Shown here in pieces: positions 1-8,436 of a DNA stretch of 64,000 nt. The stretch's first letter is position 1, and each line of letters begins with the position of its first letter. The position numbers were made by a program, and so were the translations under genes. Source of the stretch: Candidatus Aenigmatarchaeota archaeon (GTDB lineage Archaea > EX4484-52); assembly GCA_023137195.1 (NCBI GenBank), contig JAGLPV010000015.1:1-64000 (forward strand), in the 5' to 3' direction. Below the pieces are notes generated by a model. That model worked only from the letters and a program-made list of their open reading frames with translations, was not told the origin of the DNA and made no database searches.

Positions 1-247
1 CGTGAAACTGCAATGCAGTCAACCCACAATAGGATTGTATTTCACGAACAACATCTTCTTTTTCATCCACAAACACACCGACTTTTGAAATGAAGGGAGG
101 AAGCTTTTCAATTATCTCCCTCGCTTTTTCCTTTGTCACCTGACGCCTGCTTTTTGCAAAAATAAAGCCGAGCGCATCTGCTCCCAACTCAACGCATTTA
201 ATTGCGTCCAAAGCATTTGTAATCCCGCATATCTTTATCTTTGTCAT
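1..247 (-). CDS. trpF: Phosphoribosylanthranilate isomerase, 5' part only (runs off the window)
   Basis: Manual translation from ATG at 247 gives MTKIKICGITNALDAINCVELGADALGFIFAKSRRQV; the KICGIT and GADALGFIF motifs match TrpF, and it lies directly downstream of trpC. Confidence 0.93.
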   Translation of the reverse strand, partial: MTKIKICGITNALDAIKCVELGADALGFIFAKSRRQVTKEKAREIIEKLPPFISKVGVFVDEKEDVVREIQSYCGLTALQFH

Positions 248-248
248 A

Positions 249-1031
249 TCAGCTCAACTCTTTTAATTTTTCTTCCATGCCTTTGCTGCCGAAATTCTCC
301 ATTATTGAAGTCCCGACAAGTACTGCATCAACATTTGCGCCACCAACATATTCTATATCTTTTTTTGTCTTTATCCCACTCTGGCTTACAACCAAAATAT
401 CTCCGGAAATTTTCTTTGCCAGACCAATTGTTGTATCCAGATCAATCTCCATGTTTTTCAGGTTGCGGTTGTTTATGCCGATAATCCCCGCCTTAGTATG
501 CAGTACTTTTTCAATATCTTCAACAGTATGTGCCTCTACAAGACAGTCCATATTCAAACTGCGGGCAACCTCCAAAAACTCATTTATTTCATTTATTTCC
601 AGGACAGATGCAATGAGTAAAATTGCATCAGCGCCAATAAGCCCAGATTCATACACCTGGTATTTGTCGATTATAAAATCCTTCCTCAACACAGGCACAT
701 CGGTATTTTTCCGCACAATTTTTAAATATTCCGGACTGCCTCCAAAATATTTTTCATCGGTTATCACAGAAATTGCCTTTGCGTATTTATTGTACAATTG
801 TGCTATTTGCTCTATTTGTTTTTTGGTCGGTATTATTTTTTGATTTTTTGCAGGGGAAGAAAATTTAAGCTCTGCTATTAAATTTATTTTCTCCTGTTTT
901 CTTATCGCCTCCTTAAAGTCTCGGTCGGATTTTGCAATCCGGTCAGCAAAGGATGCCAGGGGATGTTTTATTTTATTTTCTTCCACTTCTGCTCTCTTGT
1001 CTTTTACGATTCTGCTTAATATATCATCCAT
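249..1031 (-). CDS. trpC: Indole-3-glycerol phosphate synthase
   Basis: LIAELKFSSP, ISVITDEKYFGGS, VLRKDFII, IIGINNRNL motifs; trp operon context. Confidence 0.96.
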   Translation of the reverse strand: MDDILSRIVKDKRAEVEENKIKHPLASFADRIAKSDRDFKEAIRKQEKINLIAELKFSSPAKNQKIIPTKKQIEQIAQLYNKYAKAISVITDEKYFGGSPEYLKIVRKNTDVPVLRKDFIIDKYQVYESGLIGADAILLIASVLEINEINEFLEVARSLNMDCLVEAHTVEDIEKVLHTKAGIIGINNRNLKNMEIDLDTTIGLAKKISGDILVVSQSGIKTKKDIEYVGGANVDAVLVGTSIMENFGSKGMEEKLKELS

Positions 1032-2034
1032 TTGTAATCTGCCTTAATTTTTCCAGGCATTTGAGTGCATTGCCCGAGCTTATTGATTTTTTTGCCAATA
1101 CTATTCCTTCTTCTACGGTCTCTGCCAAACCTGCTGCAACAATTGCCGCAGCGGCATTTAAGACAACAATATCATAGCGCGGTCCCTGCTTGTTGTCCAA
1201 TATATCCAAGAGTATTTGAGCGTTTTCCTCTGGGGTTCCTCCTTTTAATTCGGATAGCTCTGCCTGGCGGATTCCGTAATCCTGGGGTGTTATATAATAA
1301 GTATCGATTGTTCCGTCCTCACCCAGGCGGGTTATTTTTGTCTTTCCGCAACTGCTTATCTCGTCAAGAGGATATCCGTGAACGACAAATGCTTTTTTGC
1401 TTCCCAGCTCTTTTAATACATTTGCTACTGTCTCTGTGAGTTCAGGGTCGTATACTCCGATTAACTGGTATTTTGCATCTGCCGGGTTTGTCATAGGTCC
1501 CAGGATATTAAATATTGTCCTTATTCCTATTTCCTGTCTTGGACCGATTGCATGTTTCATTGCTTTGTGAAATACTGGTGCAAATGCAAATCCTATATTT
1601 GCTTTGTCTATTGCCTGCTCTGTCTTTGAGGCAGTTGTATTTATGTTTATTCCAAGAGCAGTCAGCACATCGGCAGAACCGCATTTGCTCGACACGCATT
1701 TATTGCCGTGTTTTGCGACGGAAATTCCTGTGCCTGCAACAACAAAAGCTGTAGCGGTTGATATGTTGAAGGTGTTTGTTTTATCCCCTCCTGTTCCACA
1801 GGTATCTAAAGTTATGCTGGATTTGGGGTGTATCTTTGTCCCTTTTTCTCTCATCACTTCAACAGCGCCTGTTATTTCCTCAACCGTCTCTCCTTTTATT
1901 CTTAAGGCGGTCAAAAATGCGCCTATCTGGGCGTCAGTTGCCTTGCCATCCATCATCTGACTGAATACTTCTTTAGTCTCTTCCCTTGTCAAATCCTGGG
2001 ATTTCACAAGCTTATCTATTGCTGTTTTTATCAT
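1024..2034 (-). CDS. trpD: Anthranilate phosphoribosyltransferase
   Basis: DTCGTGGD, NISTA, KHGN, GSADVL, RTIFNILGP motifs. Confidence 0.97.
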   Translation of the reverse strand: MIKTAIDKLVKSQDLTREETKEVFSQMMDGKATDAQIGAFLTALRIKGETVEEITGAVEVMREKGTKIHPKSSITLDTCGTGGDKTNTFNISTATAFVVAGTGISVAKHGNKCVSSKCGSADVLTALGININTTASKTEQAIDKANIGFAFAPVFHKAMKHAIGPRQEIGIRTIFNILGPMTNPADAKYQLIGVYDPELTETVANVLKELGSKKAFVVHGYPLDEISSCGKTKITRLGEDGTIDTYYITPQDYGIRQAELSELKGGTPEENAQILLDILDNKQGPRYDIVVLNAAAAIVAAGLAETVEEGIVLAKKSISSGNALKCLEKLRQITNG

Positions 2035-2038
2035 ATGA

Positions 2039-2626
2039 TCACCTTATTATCCTGATTAAATTCTCTATTATTTTTCCCCCTCCGGGTGTTAGTATGGACT
2101 CGGGGTGAAACTGAAGTCCTTCTACAATGCATCCTTTCTTTTTATACCTGATGCCCATGACAACTCCATTGGTTGTTTTCGCCGTAACCTCCAGGCACTC
2201 AGGCAAATCAGATGCGCAAAGGGAATGATACCTGCCGACCTGCATTGGATTTTCTACATCCTGAAAAATAGTTTTTCCGTCATGAGAAATCACAGAGGAC
2301 TTCCCGTGAACTATATCTTCTGCTCTATTTATTTTCCCTCCAAATGCTTCGGCAATTGCCTGGTGTCCCAGGCATACTCCGAAAATCGGGATTTGCATAT
2401 GGTGTTTTTTTATCAAAGGGATTGTTATTCCTGCGCTCTTTGGGTTTCCCGGTCCGGGAGATAAAACAATCAATTTTGCATCAAATTTGTCTATTGCTTT
2501 TTCTATTAAATCTATGTCTACATTGTTCCTGTAGGTGATTACATCTATGTCTCTTTTTTTGAATTCGTCTGCAAGATTGTATGTAAATGAGTCAAAATTA
2601 TCAATCAATATTATTCTTGTTTTCAT
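2039..2626 (-). CDS. trpG: Anthranilate synthase component II (glutamine amidotransferase)
   Basis: IDNFDSFTYNL, LSPGPG, GVCLGHQ, RYHSL, QFHPES. Start placed at ATG 2626, downstream of a GGAGGTG ribosome-binding site. Confidence 0.96.
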   Translation of the reverse strand: MKTRIILIDNFDSFTYNLADEFKKRDIDVITYRNNVDIDLIEKAIDKFDAKLIVLSPGPGNPKSAGITIPLIKKHHMQIPIFGVCLGHQAIAEAFGGKINRAEDIVHGKSSVISHDGKTIFQDVENPMQVGRYHSLCASDLPECLEVTAKTTNGVVMGIRYKKKGCIVEGLQFHPESILTPGGGKIIENLIRIIR

Positions 2627-4238
2627 ATTCAACACCTCCTGCTTTTTCTATCGCTGTGATACAGCTTAATGCTTTGTTGATAGATTCTGTGTATTCTTCT
2701 TCAGGAATCGAATTGTAGACTATTCCTGCCCCTGAACGAATATATGCTTTGTTGTCTTTTATCTGCATCGCTCTTATTATGATTGTTGAGTCAAAATCTC
2801 CTTCAGGAGTAAGGTAAGCGACAGAACCCCCGTAAAGATTTCTCTTGGTCTTTTCATGCTTTCTTATCAACTCCATTGCCTTTGGTTTCGGAGCGCCTGT
2901 CAATGTACCCATGTTCATGCACGCAACATAGGCATGAAGGGCATCAAAGTCTTTTCTGAGGATGCCATATACATTGGAGACAAGATGCTGCACATGGGAA
3001 TATTTTTCTGCCACGAACAATTCATCAACCTCTCTTGTCCCCGGCTCAGATATCCGTGCAATATCATTCCTTGCCAGATCCACCAGCATTATATGCTCTG
3101 CAATCTCTTTTTCATTTGTCTTTAGTTCCAGCTCGTATTTTGCATCCAGATCTGAATCTATCTTGTTGTCAACAATCCCTCTTTTTCTAGTTCCCGCAAT
3201 AGGTCTTATCTGGACTTTTTTTTCTTGTTTTCCCTGGACTCTTAGTGCCATCTCGGGCGAGGCACCAAGAAGAATGCCGCTCCGGGTATTTATGAAAAAC
3301 ATGTAGGGGGAAGGATTGAGCTTTCGCAAACAGTTGTATATATCTAATGGCTCGCAGTTGTATTCGCTAATTAGTGTTCTTGATACAACCACCTGGAATA
3401 TATCGCCCATGCATATATGTTCTTTTAGTTTTTTGATGCTGTCAATAAAATCTTTTTTTGATGTGTCGCTTGTTATACTTACTTTCTTTTTTTCATTGTA
3501 TTTTCTCCTGGCTGGAACGGAAAACTGAGACAATGTTTTTTCATAGTTGCTGATTGTCTTTTCGCATTCGGCAAATGTCTCTTGAAAATTATTGTCCATC
3601 ACAAGGGCATTTGCCACAAAATATGTCTTGTTTCTTTTATGGTCGCAGCAAAATAGATTGTCCACAAAATACATCTCGTAGTCAGGGGTGTTTAAAATAT
3701 CTTTCCCGCTTTCCGGCAGGTCTTCAAACTGCTCTATAAAATCATAGGATATTGTGCCTATCAGTCCGCCATAAGGCATTGGCGGTTTTTTAGAAGGGCT
3801 GAATTTGAATGCTATTGCCCGCAATACATCCATGTGGGTCTTTTGCTTGAGTTTTTCATCTTCTGTCATGTTCTTATTCTCTAATTGTCTTATAGTTCCT
3901 TTTATCTCTTCCTTAGAATATTCTAAAGAATCGCAGAATGAAAAATCATCTTTTATAAATTCAAGAAATCTTATGCCCTGCTTATTGAGGGCATTAATTG
4001 TAAATGTGTTTTTTACGCCTGTTATTTTAAGGCATGGGTCTGCTGTCCCGAAACTAAACTCCCCGTATTTTTCAATAAAGCTTCCTGACTCAAAGAACAG
4101 GCAGTTCTCTTTCCTGCCGTAATCAGAAATTATAGAAAAGAATTTTTCAGGAGATATCAATTTATTTATTTCCTTAAAAACAGGTATTATTTGACCGACT
4201 CTTGCGTTATTAAAGTCTGTTTTGCCAGAGACATTCAC
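2601..4238 (-). CDS. trpE: Anthranilate synthase component I
   Basis: GDIFQVV, NPSPYM, GASPE, PIAGT, EHIMLVDLARND, YSHVQHL, GTLTGAPK. GTG start. Confidence 0.96.
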   Translation of the reverse strand: MNVSGKTDFNNARVGQIIPVFKEINKLISPEKFFSIISDYGRKENCLFFESGSFIEKYGEFSFGTADPCLKITGVKNTFTINALNKQGIRFLEFIKDDFSFCDSLEYSKEEIKGTIRQLENKNMTEDEKLKQKTHMDVLRAIAFKFSPSKKPPMPYGGLIGTISYDFIEQFEDLPESGKDILNTPDYEMYFVDNLFCCDHKRNKTYFVANALVMDNNFQETFAECEKTISNYEKTLSQFSVPARRKYNEKKKVSITSDTSKKDFIDSIKKLKEHICMGDIFQVVVSRTLISEYNCEPLDIYNCLRKLNPSPYMFFINTRSGILLGASPEMALRVQGKQEKKVQIRPIAGTRKRGIVDNKIDSDLDAKYELELKTNEKEIAEHIMLVDLARNDIARISEPGTREVDELFVAEKYSHVQHLVSNVYGILRKDFDALHAYVACMNMGTLTGAPKPKAMELIRKHEKTKRNLYGGSVAYLTPEGDFDSTIIIRAMQIKDNKAYIRSGAGIVYNSIPEEEYTESINKALSCITAIEKAGGVEYENKNNID

Positions 4239-4260
4239 CTGTCATTTTATACACCTATAA

Positions 4261-4453
4261 ATTATAGCAAAACACACAAATAATACAACCATATAATCTG
4301 TATTTATATAGCATTTATGTATTTTACCAGTATATCACGCCACATTACTTGCATTTTGTTCTTGTTGCACAAATGTGGTGAGACAAGAACAAAATCTTAG
4401 AAGTAGTATGGATTGTAAGGAAACTTCCATGATTACTTTTATGCCGTGATATA
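4261..4453. repeat. Composite intergenic element (module B plus nested hairpin unit A) upstream of trpE
   Basis: 4261-4351 is a near-identical inverted copy of 34988-35085. It contains a perfect 13-bp stem ATTTTGTTCTTGT/ACAAGAACAAAAT (4353-4395) and outer arms TATATCACG (4331)/CGTGATATA (4445). Confidence 0.85.
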
Positions 4454-4520
4454 GTACAATTATAGGGACTATAATTATTTAAAGCTACATTAATCACGCA
4501 ACTTTGATATTATAGAGCAA

Positions 4521-4814
4521 TTACTTTTTCTTTCTGACGCATTTTCTTTTTGCCGGGAGATTTTCTTCTATTTTTTTTACTATTGTCTCCTTGGCCTTTA
4601 CTCTCTTTATCGACATTGCAAGTTTTTTGTGGCATAAAACATCGTTTATCCAGTTGTAAAAATCATTCTTTGTACTATCAACAAATACAGAATACATTTC
4701 ATTATCCATCTTTTTTAATTCTTTATGGAGTTCTCTTAGGTTCTTTGCATTTTTTCCATTGTTGAAATAGAAATATTGTCCTTCCGGAGCGTTTTTTATA
4801 GTACTTGCTTTCAT
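4521..4814 (-). CDS. Small conserved archaeal protein (DUF5752-like)
   Basis: Pattern FYFNNG..AKNLREL...L..MD...NDFYNWI.DVL resembles the DUF5752 repeat unit. Confidence 0.6.
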   Translation of the reverse strand: MKASTIKNAPEGQYFYFNNGKNAKNLRELHKELKKMDNEMYSVFVDSTKNDFYNWINDVLCHKKLAMSIKRVKAKETIVKKIEENLPAKRKCVRKKK

Positions 4815-4915
4815 TCAATCACAAATTTAACTATATAGCAAATTATATATTTAAAAATCTATCGCTGTTGGACATATTCATGAAAAACATATAAAGATTT
4901 CTTTACTATTCTATA

Positions 4916-6187
4916 ATGAAATCAAAAGTTGTTGCTCTGTTTTTTTTGACACTACTTAGCACTATATGCTTTGCAGATACAACATTTATTCCCGGGACAC
5001 ACCACCTGGAAGTGAGTTTGCTGAACCAGCAGCCGGATCCTGTAGAGCCGGGAAAATATGTTGAAGTAAGATTTAATGTCATAAATAGCGGGCTGGAGGA
5101 TGCAAAAAATGTAGTCTTTGAGATTGAGCCTGAATTTCCGTTCAGTCTGAATTCGGGAACCAGTGCCTCTAAAAGTCTTGGAACAATAATGGGTGGTGCT
5201 GTAGGAAACAACGGGGTTACTGTTTATTATAAGTTATTTGTAAGCAAATCTGCAAGACAGGGCACTTCTGATATAAAAATAAAATACAAAGTAGACAATA
5301 ATTTATGGACAGCAAAAACATTCTCTATTAGGATTCGCTCAGACCAGTCTCTTTTGACTGTAGAAGAAATAAAAACAAATCCTGAAAAAATAAGCCCGGG
5401 AAGTGAATGTATAATTTCCCTTACATTAAAGAACAACGGCGATGATGATATAAAAAATGTAATCGTAAATCTGGTTCCTGTGCAGGCAATTGCCCAAGCC
5501 ACCGGGACAACTTATGTTGAGTCTGTCTTCAGTCCTTATGGAGACAGCACAGAAAAAATAATCAAATTTATTGAAAAAGGACAATCCCAAACAGTAGAAT
5601 TTAAGCTTATTGCTTCCAGTGAGGCACAGTTGCAGCCATACAAAATGCCAATCCAGATTACCTATGAAGACAGGATGGGAGCGTCTTATTCGAAAGACAT
5701 CTATGCTGGTCTGGTCGTACAGGAAGATACAGACTATGTGGCTGTAATTGAGAGAGAAGAACAAATAATTGAAAATTCAAAAAATAAAATATATGCTACA
5801 ATATCCAATAAAGGGAAAAGTAAAATGAATTTTGTTTATGTAGAAGTTCTCCCTTCAGAGGATTATGTAATTTTGAGTACGCCGGGGATTTATCTTGGCA
5901 ATCTTGACAGCGATGATGAAGACAGTGCAGAGTACGAATTGTTTTTCAATAAATACAACCAGACAAAAGACGTCCCCATAAATGTGAAGATTACCTATCG
6001 CGATGCATACAACAATAAATATACGGACGAAAAACAAATGGGTGTTCTGGTATATACTCTGGCAGACAGCATGAAATATGAACAGGAAAAAGGAGGGAGC
6101 AGTTCAACAACATATATTGTTATACTGGTAGTTATACTGCTAGGGTATTGGTTTTGGAAAAAAAGAAAACATAAAAAAGAAGAGTGA
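4916..6187 (+). CDS. COG1361-type S-layer-domain surface protein
   Basis: Signal peptide, QQPDPVEPG, PEKISPG, LKNNG, YLGNLDSDD repeats; C-terminal TM helix followed by a basic tail. Confidence 0.8.
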   Translation: MKSKVVALFFLTLLSTICFADTTFIPGTHHLEVSLLNQQPDPVEPGKYVEVRFNVINSGLEDAKNVVFEIEPEFPFSLNSGTSASKSLGTIMGGAVGNNGVTVYYKLFVSKSARQGTSDIKIKYKVDNNLWTAKTFSIRIRSDQSLLTVEEIKTNPEKISPGSECIISLTLKNNGDDDIKNVIVNLVPVQAIAQATGTTYVESVFSPYGDSTEKIIKFIEKGQSQTVEFKLIASSEAQLQPYKMPIQITYEDRMGASYSKDIYAGLVVQEDTDYVAVIEREEQIIENSKNKIYATISNKGKSKMNFVYVEVLPSEDYVILSTPGIYLGNLDSDDEDSAEYELFFNKYNQTKDVPINVKITYRDAYNNKYTDEKQMGVLVYTLADSMKYEQEKGGSSSTTYIVILVVILLGYWFWKKRKHKKEE

Positions 6188-6188
6188 A

Positions 6189-6833
6189 ATGGATATGAAA
6201 AAATATTTTTTAAAAATAAAATACGCGATAAGTGGCTTGTTTTTTTCGTTTTTGAAGAAGAAAAGACGAATCCGTCTTGGTATCTACGGACCGCCAAATG
6301 CGGGAAAATCCACGCTCGCCAATAAGATAACAAAAGACTGGATGGGGGAAGAATTTACTAAATCCTCTTCCATTGAGCACGAGACAAGAGAGATAGCGAC
6401 AAAAGAAAACGTGGAAATATCCTCGAGAGGGAAAAAACTTTCATTTAATATTATTGATACTCCCGGTATAGCAACAAGAATTGATTATGAGAATTTTGTA
6501 AAAAAAGGGATGAATGCAAAAGATTCTAAGCAAAGAGCAAAAGAAGCGACAAAAGGAGTAATCGAGGCAATAAAATGGCTCGATAAAGTAGATGCTGTTC
6601 TTGTAGTATTGGATGCAACAAAAGACCCTATGGATCAGGTAAATATTACTATTATAGGCAACTTGGAAGCAAGAGGTATTCCAGTAGTCATTGTCGCAAA
6701 CAAAATAGACAAGAAAGATGCATCTGCCCAGACCATTAGGGATGCATTCACACAGTATGAAGTTGTTGGAATAAGTGCAAAAAACGGGGCAGGATTGGAT
6801 TATCTTTATGAAAAATTATTTGGTCTGATATAA
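6189..6833 (+). CDS. Archaeal Era-like small GTPase (OapA-like)
   Basis: G1 GPPNAGKS, HETRE, G3 DTPG, G4 NKID, G5 SAK, plus family motif RAKEATKGVIEAIKWL. Confidence 0.85.
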   Translation: MDMKKYFLKIKYAISGLFFSFLKKKRRIRLGIYGPPNAGKSTLANKITKDWMGEEFTKSSSIEHETREIATKENVEISSRGKKLSFNIIDTPGIATRIDYENFVKKGMNAKDSKQRAKEATKGVIEAIKWLDKVDAVLVVLDATKDPMDQVNITIIGNLEARGIPVVIVANKIDKKDASAQTIRDAFTQYEVVGISAKNGAGLDYLYEKLFGLI

Positions 6834-6844
6834 TTTTGATTGAT

Positions 6845-7040
6845 AAAAGTAGTATTTTTCTTAGGATTATTTTATGATTATTTTCTTGTTGTACAAAGAG
6901 TAAAAACAAGAAAATCAGCTTAAAAGTAGAACCACGTGTAAGGCTCTTTTATGATTATTTTTTGTGGTAATTGTGTAAGGAACAAAAAATCAGATTAAAA
7001 GTAGAAACCCTGTAAGACCCTTTTATGATTATTTTCATAA
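6845..7040. repeat. Tandem array of about 2.5 hairpin units (family A, period 74-77 bp)
   Basis: TTTTATGATTATTTT recurs at 6870, 6947 and 7021; AAAAGTAG recurs three times. Stems at 6880-6915 and 6957-6990. Confidence 0.9.
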
Positions 7041-7097
7041 AAGCATTATGAAAAAGTTTATAAAGTTAAAGTGTCGTATTTAACATTGGTGATAAAA

Positions 7098-7745
7098 ATG
7101 TGTGGGATAATAGGGTATTATTCGGATAATTCGACAAATGCAGGCAATATTATTATTGAAGGATTAAAGAAAATGGAATACAGGGGATATGATTCCTGGG
7201 GATTTGCAATCAAGACAGGTAAAGAAATTGTTGTTAAAAAAAATGTCGGCTCAATCAGTGAGGTAAAGGAAGGCAGTAATACTAAATGCAAACAGGCGAT
7301 AGGACATACCCGCTGGGCAACACATGGAAAAGTTACAAAGCAAAATGCACATCCTCATTCGAGTTGCAACAACAATATTTGCGTTGTTCACAATGGAATC
7401 ATTGAAAATTATCATGACCTGAAAAAAAATCTGGAAGAAAAAAATTATGTATTTAAATCGCAGACAGATACAGAAGTCATACCTCTTTTGATAGATTATT
7501 ATTACAAGAATAGTAAAAATTTTACAGAAAGCATAAAGAAAGCAAGCGAGGATTTGAAAGGCAGTTATGCTTTTATTGCGATGTGCAGTGATTTTGACGG
7601 TCTTGTCGGCATCAAGAAGGGGGCTCCCCTGCTTATAGGACATGGAAAAGGAGAATACTTCATAACCAGCGATGTGGTTGCTTTTGTAGAGTATACTAAA
7701 GATGTCACCTATCTTGACGACAATGAAATGGTGATTATAGGATGA
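7098..7745 (+). CDS. glmS: GlmS glutaminase (class II GATase) domain encoded as a separate gene
   Basis: N-terminal MCGIIG, EYRGYDSWG, GHTRWATHG, NAHPH, HNGIIEN, SQTDTEV. The ORF stops at YLDDNEMVIIG, before the SIS domains. Confidence 0.93.
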   Translation: MCGIIGYYSDNSTNAGNIIIEGLKKMEYRGYDSWGFAIKTGKEIVVKKNVGSISEVKEGSNTKCKQAIGHTRWATHGKVTKQNAHPHSSCNNNICVVHNGIIENYHDLKKNLEEKNYVFKSQTDTEVIPLLIDYYYKNSKNFTESIKKASEDLKGSYAFIAMCSDFDGLVGIKKGAPLLIGHGKGEYFITSDVVAFVEYTKDVTYLDDNEMVIIG

Positions 7746-8425
7746 GTTTCCCGAATACTAAATTGATTGCTTTTGATCTGGATGGCACTTTGCTAAAAGA
7801 AGAAAGCATCTATGAATTATTAAAACTGCAAAAGAATGGGATTAAAAAACTTGAACTTGCAAAAAAGATTAACTGCTATTTTAAAGAAAATGTTATTGAT
7901 TCAGCTACAGAAATGAATATGCTTTCATCTATGCTGTCTGGTATGGAAGCAGAAAAATACAGACAGCGTATTGATAGTTTTGAATTGGCACAAGGAGCAG
8001 ATTATGTTTCAAAAATATTGAAAAAAGAAGGATATACTTTGGCAATATTGAGCGATGGTTTTTTGACGGTCGCCGAGTCGGTAAGACGAAAATTAAATTT
8101 TGATTATGTGTTTGCGAATGAATTGGAAGTCGAAAATGGGATTCTTACCGGAAAATTAATCGCGCCGCATAATGAGAAAATGCCATACTCGGGGTGTATT
8201 AATCATAATCTATGCAAAAGAAAAGTCCTGACTGATTTATGTGGAAAATTAAAAATAGAATTAAAAGATGTTGTGGCTGTCGGGAACGGCACTTCTGATA
8301 TCTGCTTCCTGGATATTGTTGGAAAATCAATAGGTTTTAATCCAAACAGCATAATTGAAGAAAAAGCAGATGTGTCCGTCAAGAGCAATGATTTAAAAGA
8401 TATTTTGCCATATATTATTAATTAG
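7742..8425 (+). CDS. SerB-like HAD-IB phosphatase
   Basis: FDLDGTL, ILSDGF, FANELEVENGILTG, AVGNGTSD. ATGA overlap with the upstream gene. Confidence 0.8.
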   Translation: MSFPNTKLIAFDLDGTLLKEESIYELLKLQKNGIKKLELAKKINCYFKENVIDSATEMNMLSSMLSGMEAEKYRQRIDSFELAQGADYVSKILKKEGYTLAILSDGFLTVAESVRRKLNFDYVFANELEVENGILTGKLIAPHNEKMPYSGCINHNLCKRKVLTDLCGKLKIELKDVVAVGNGTSDICFLDIVGKSIGFNPNSIIEEKADVSVKSNDLKDILPYIIN

Positions 8426-8436
8426 GTGATTGTATT

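Noticed and set aside
6845-7040. CRISPR array or ORB-containing replication origin
   Set aside because: The variable parts are self-complementary stems with short loops rather than spacers; no ORB consensus or cdc6 gene is visible.
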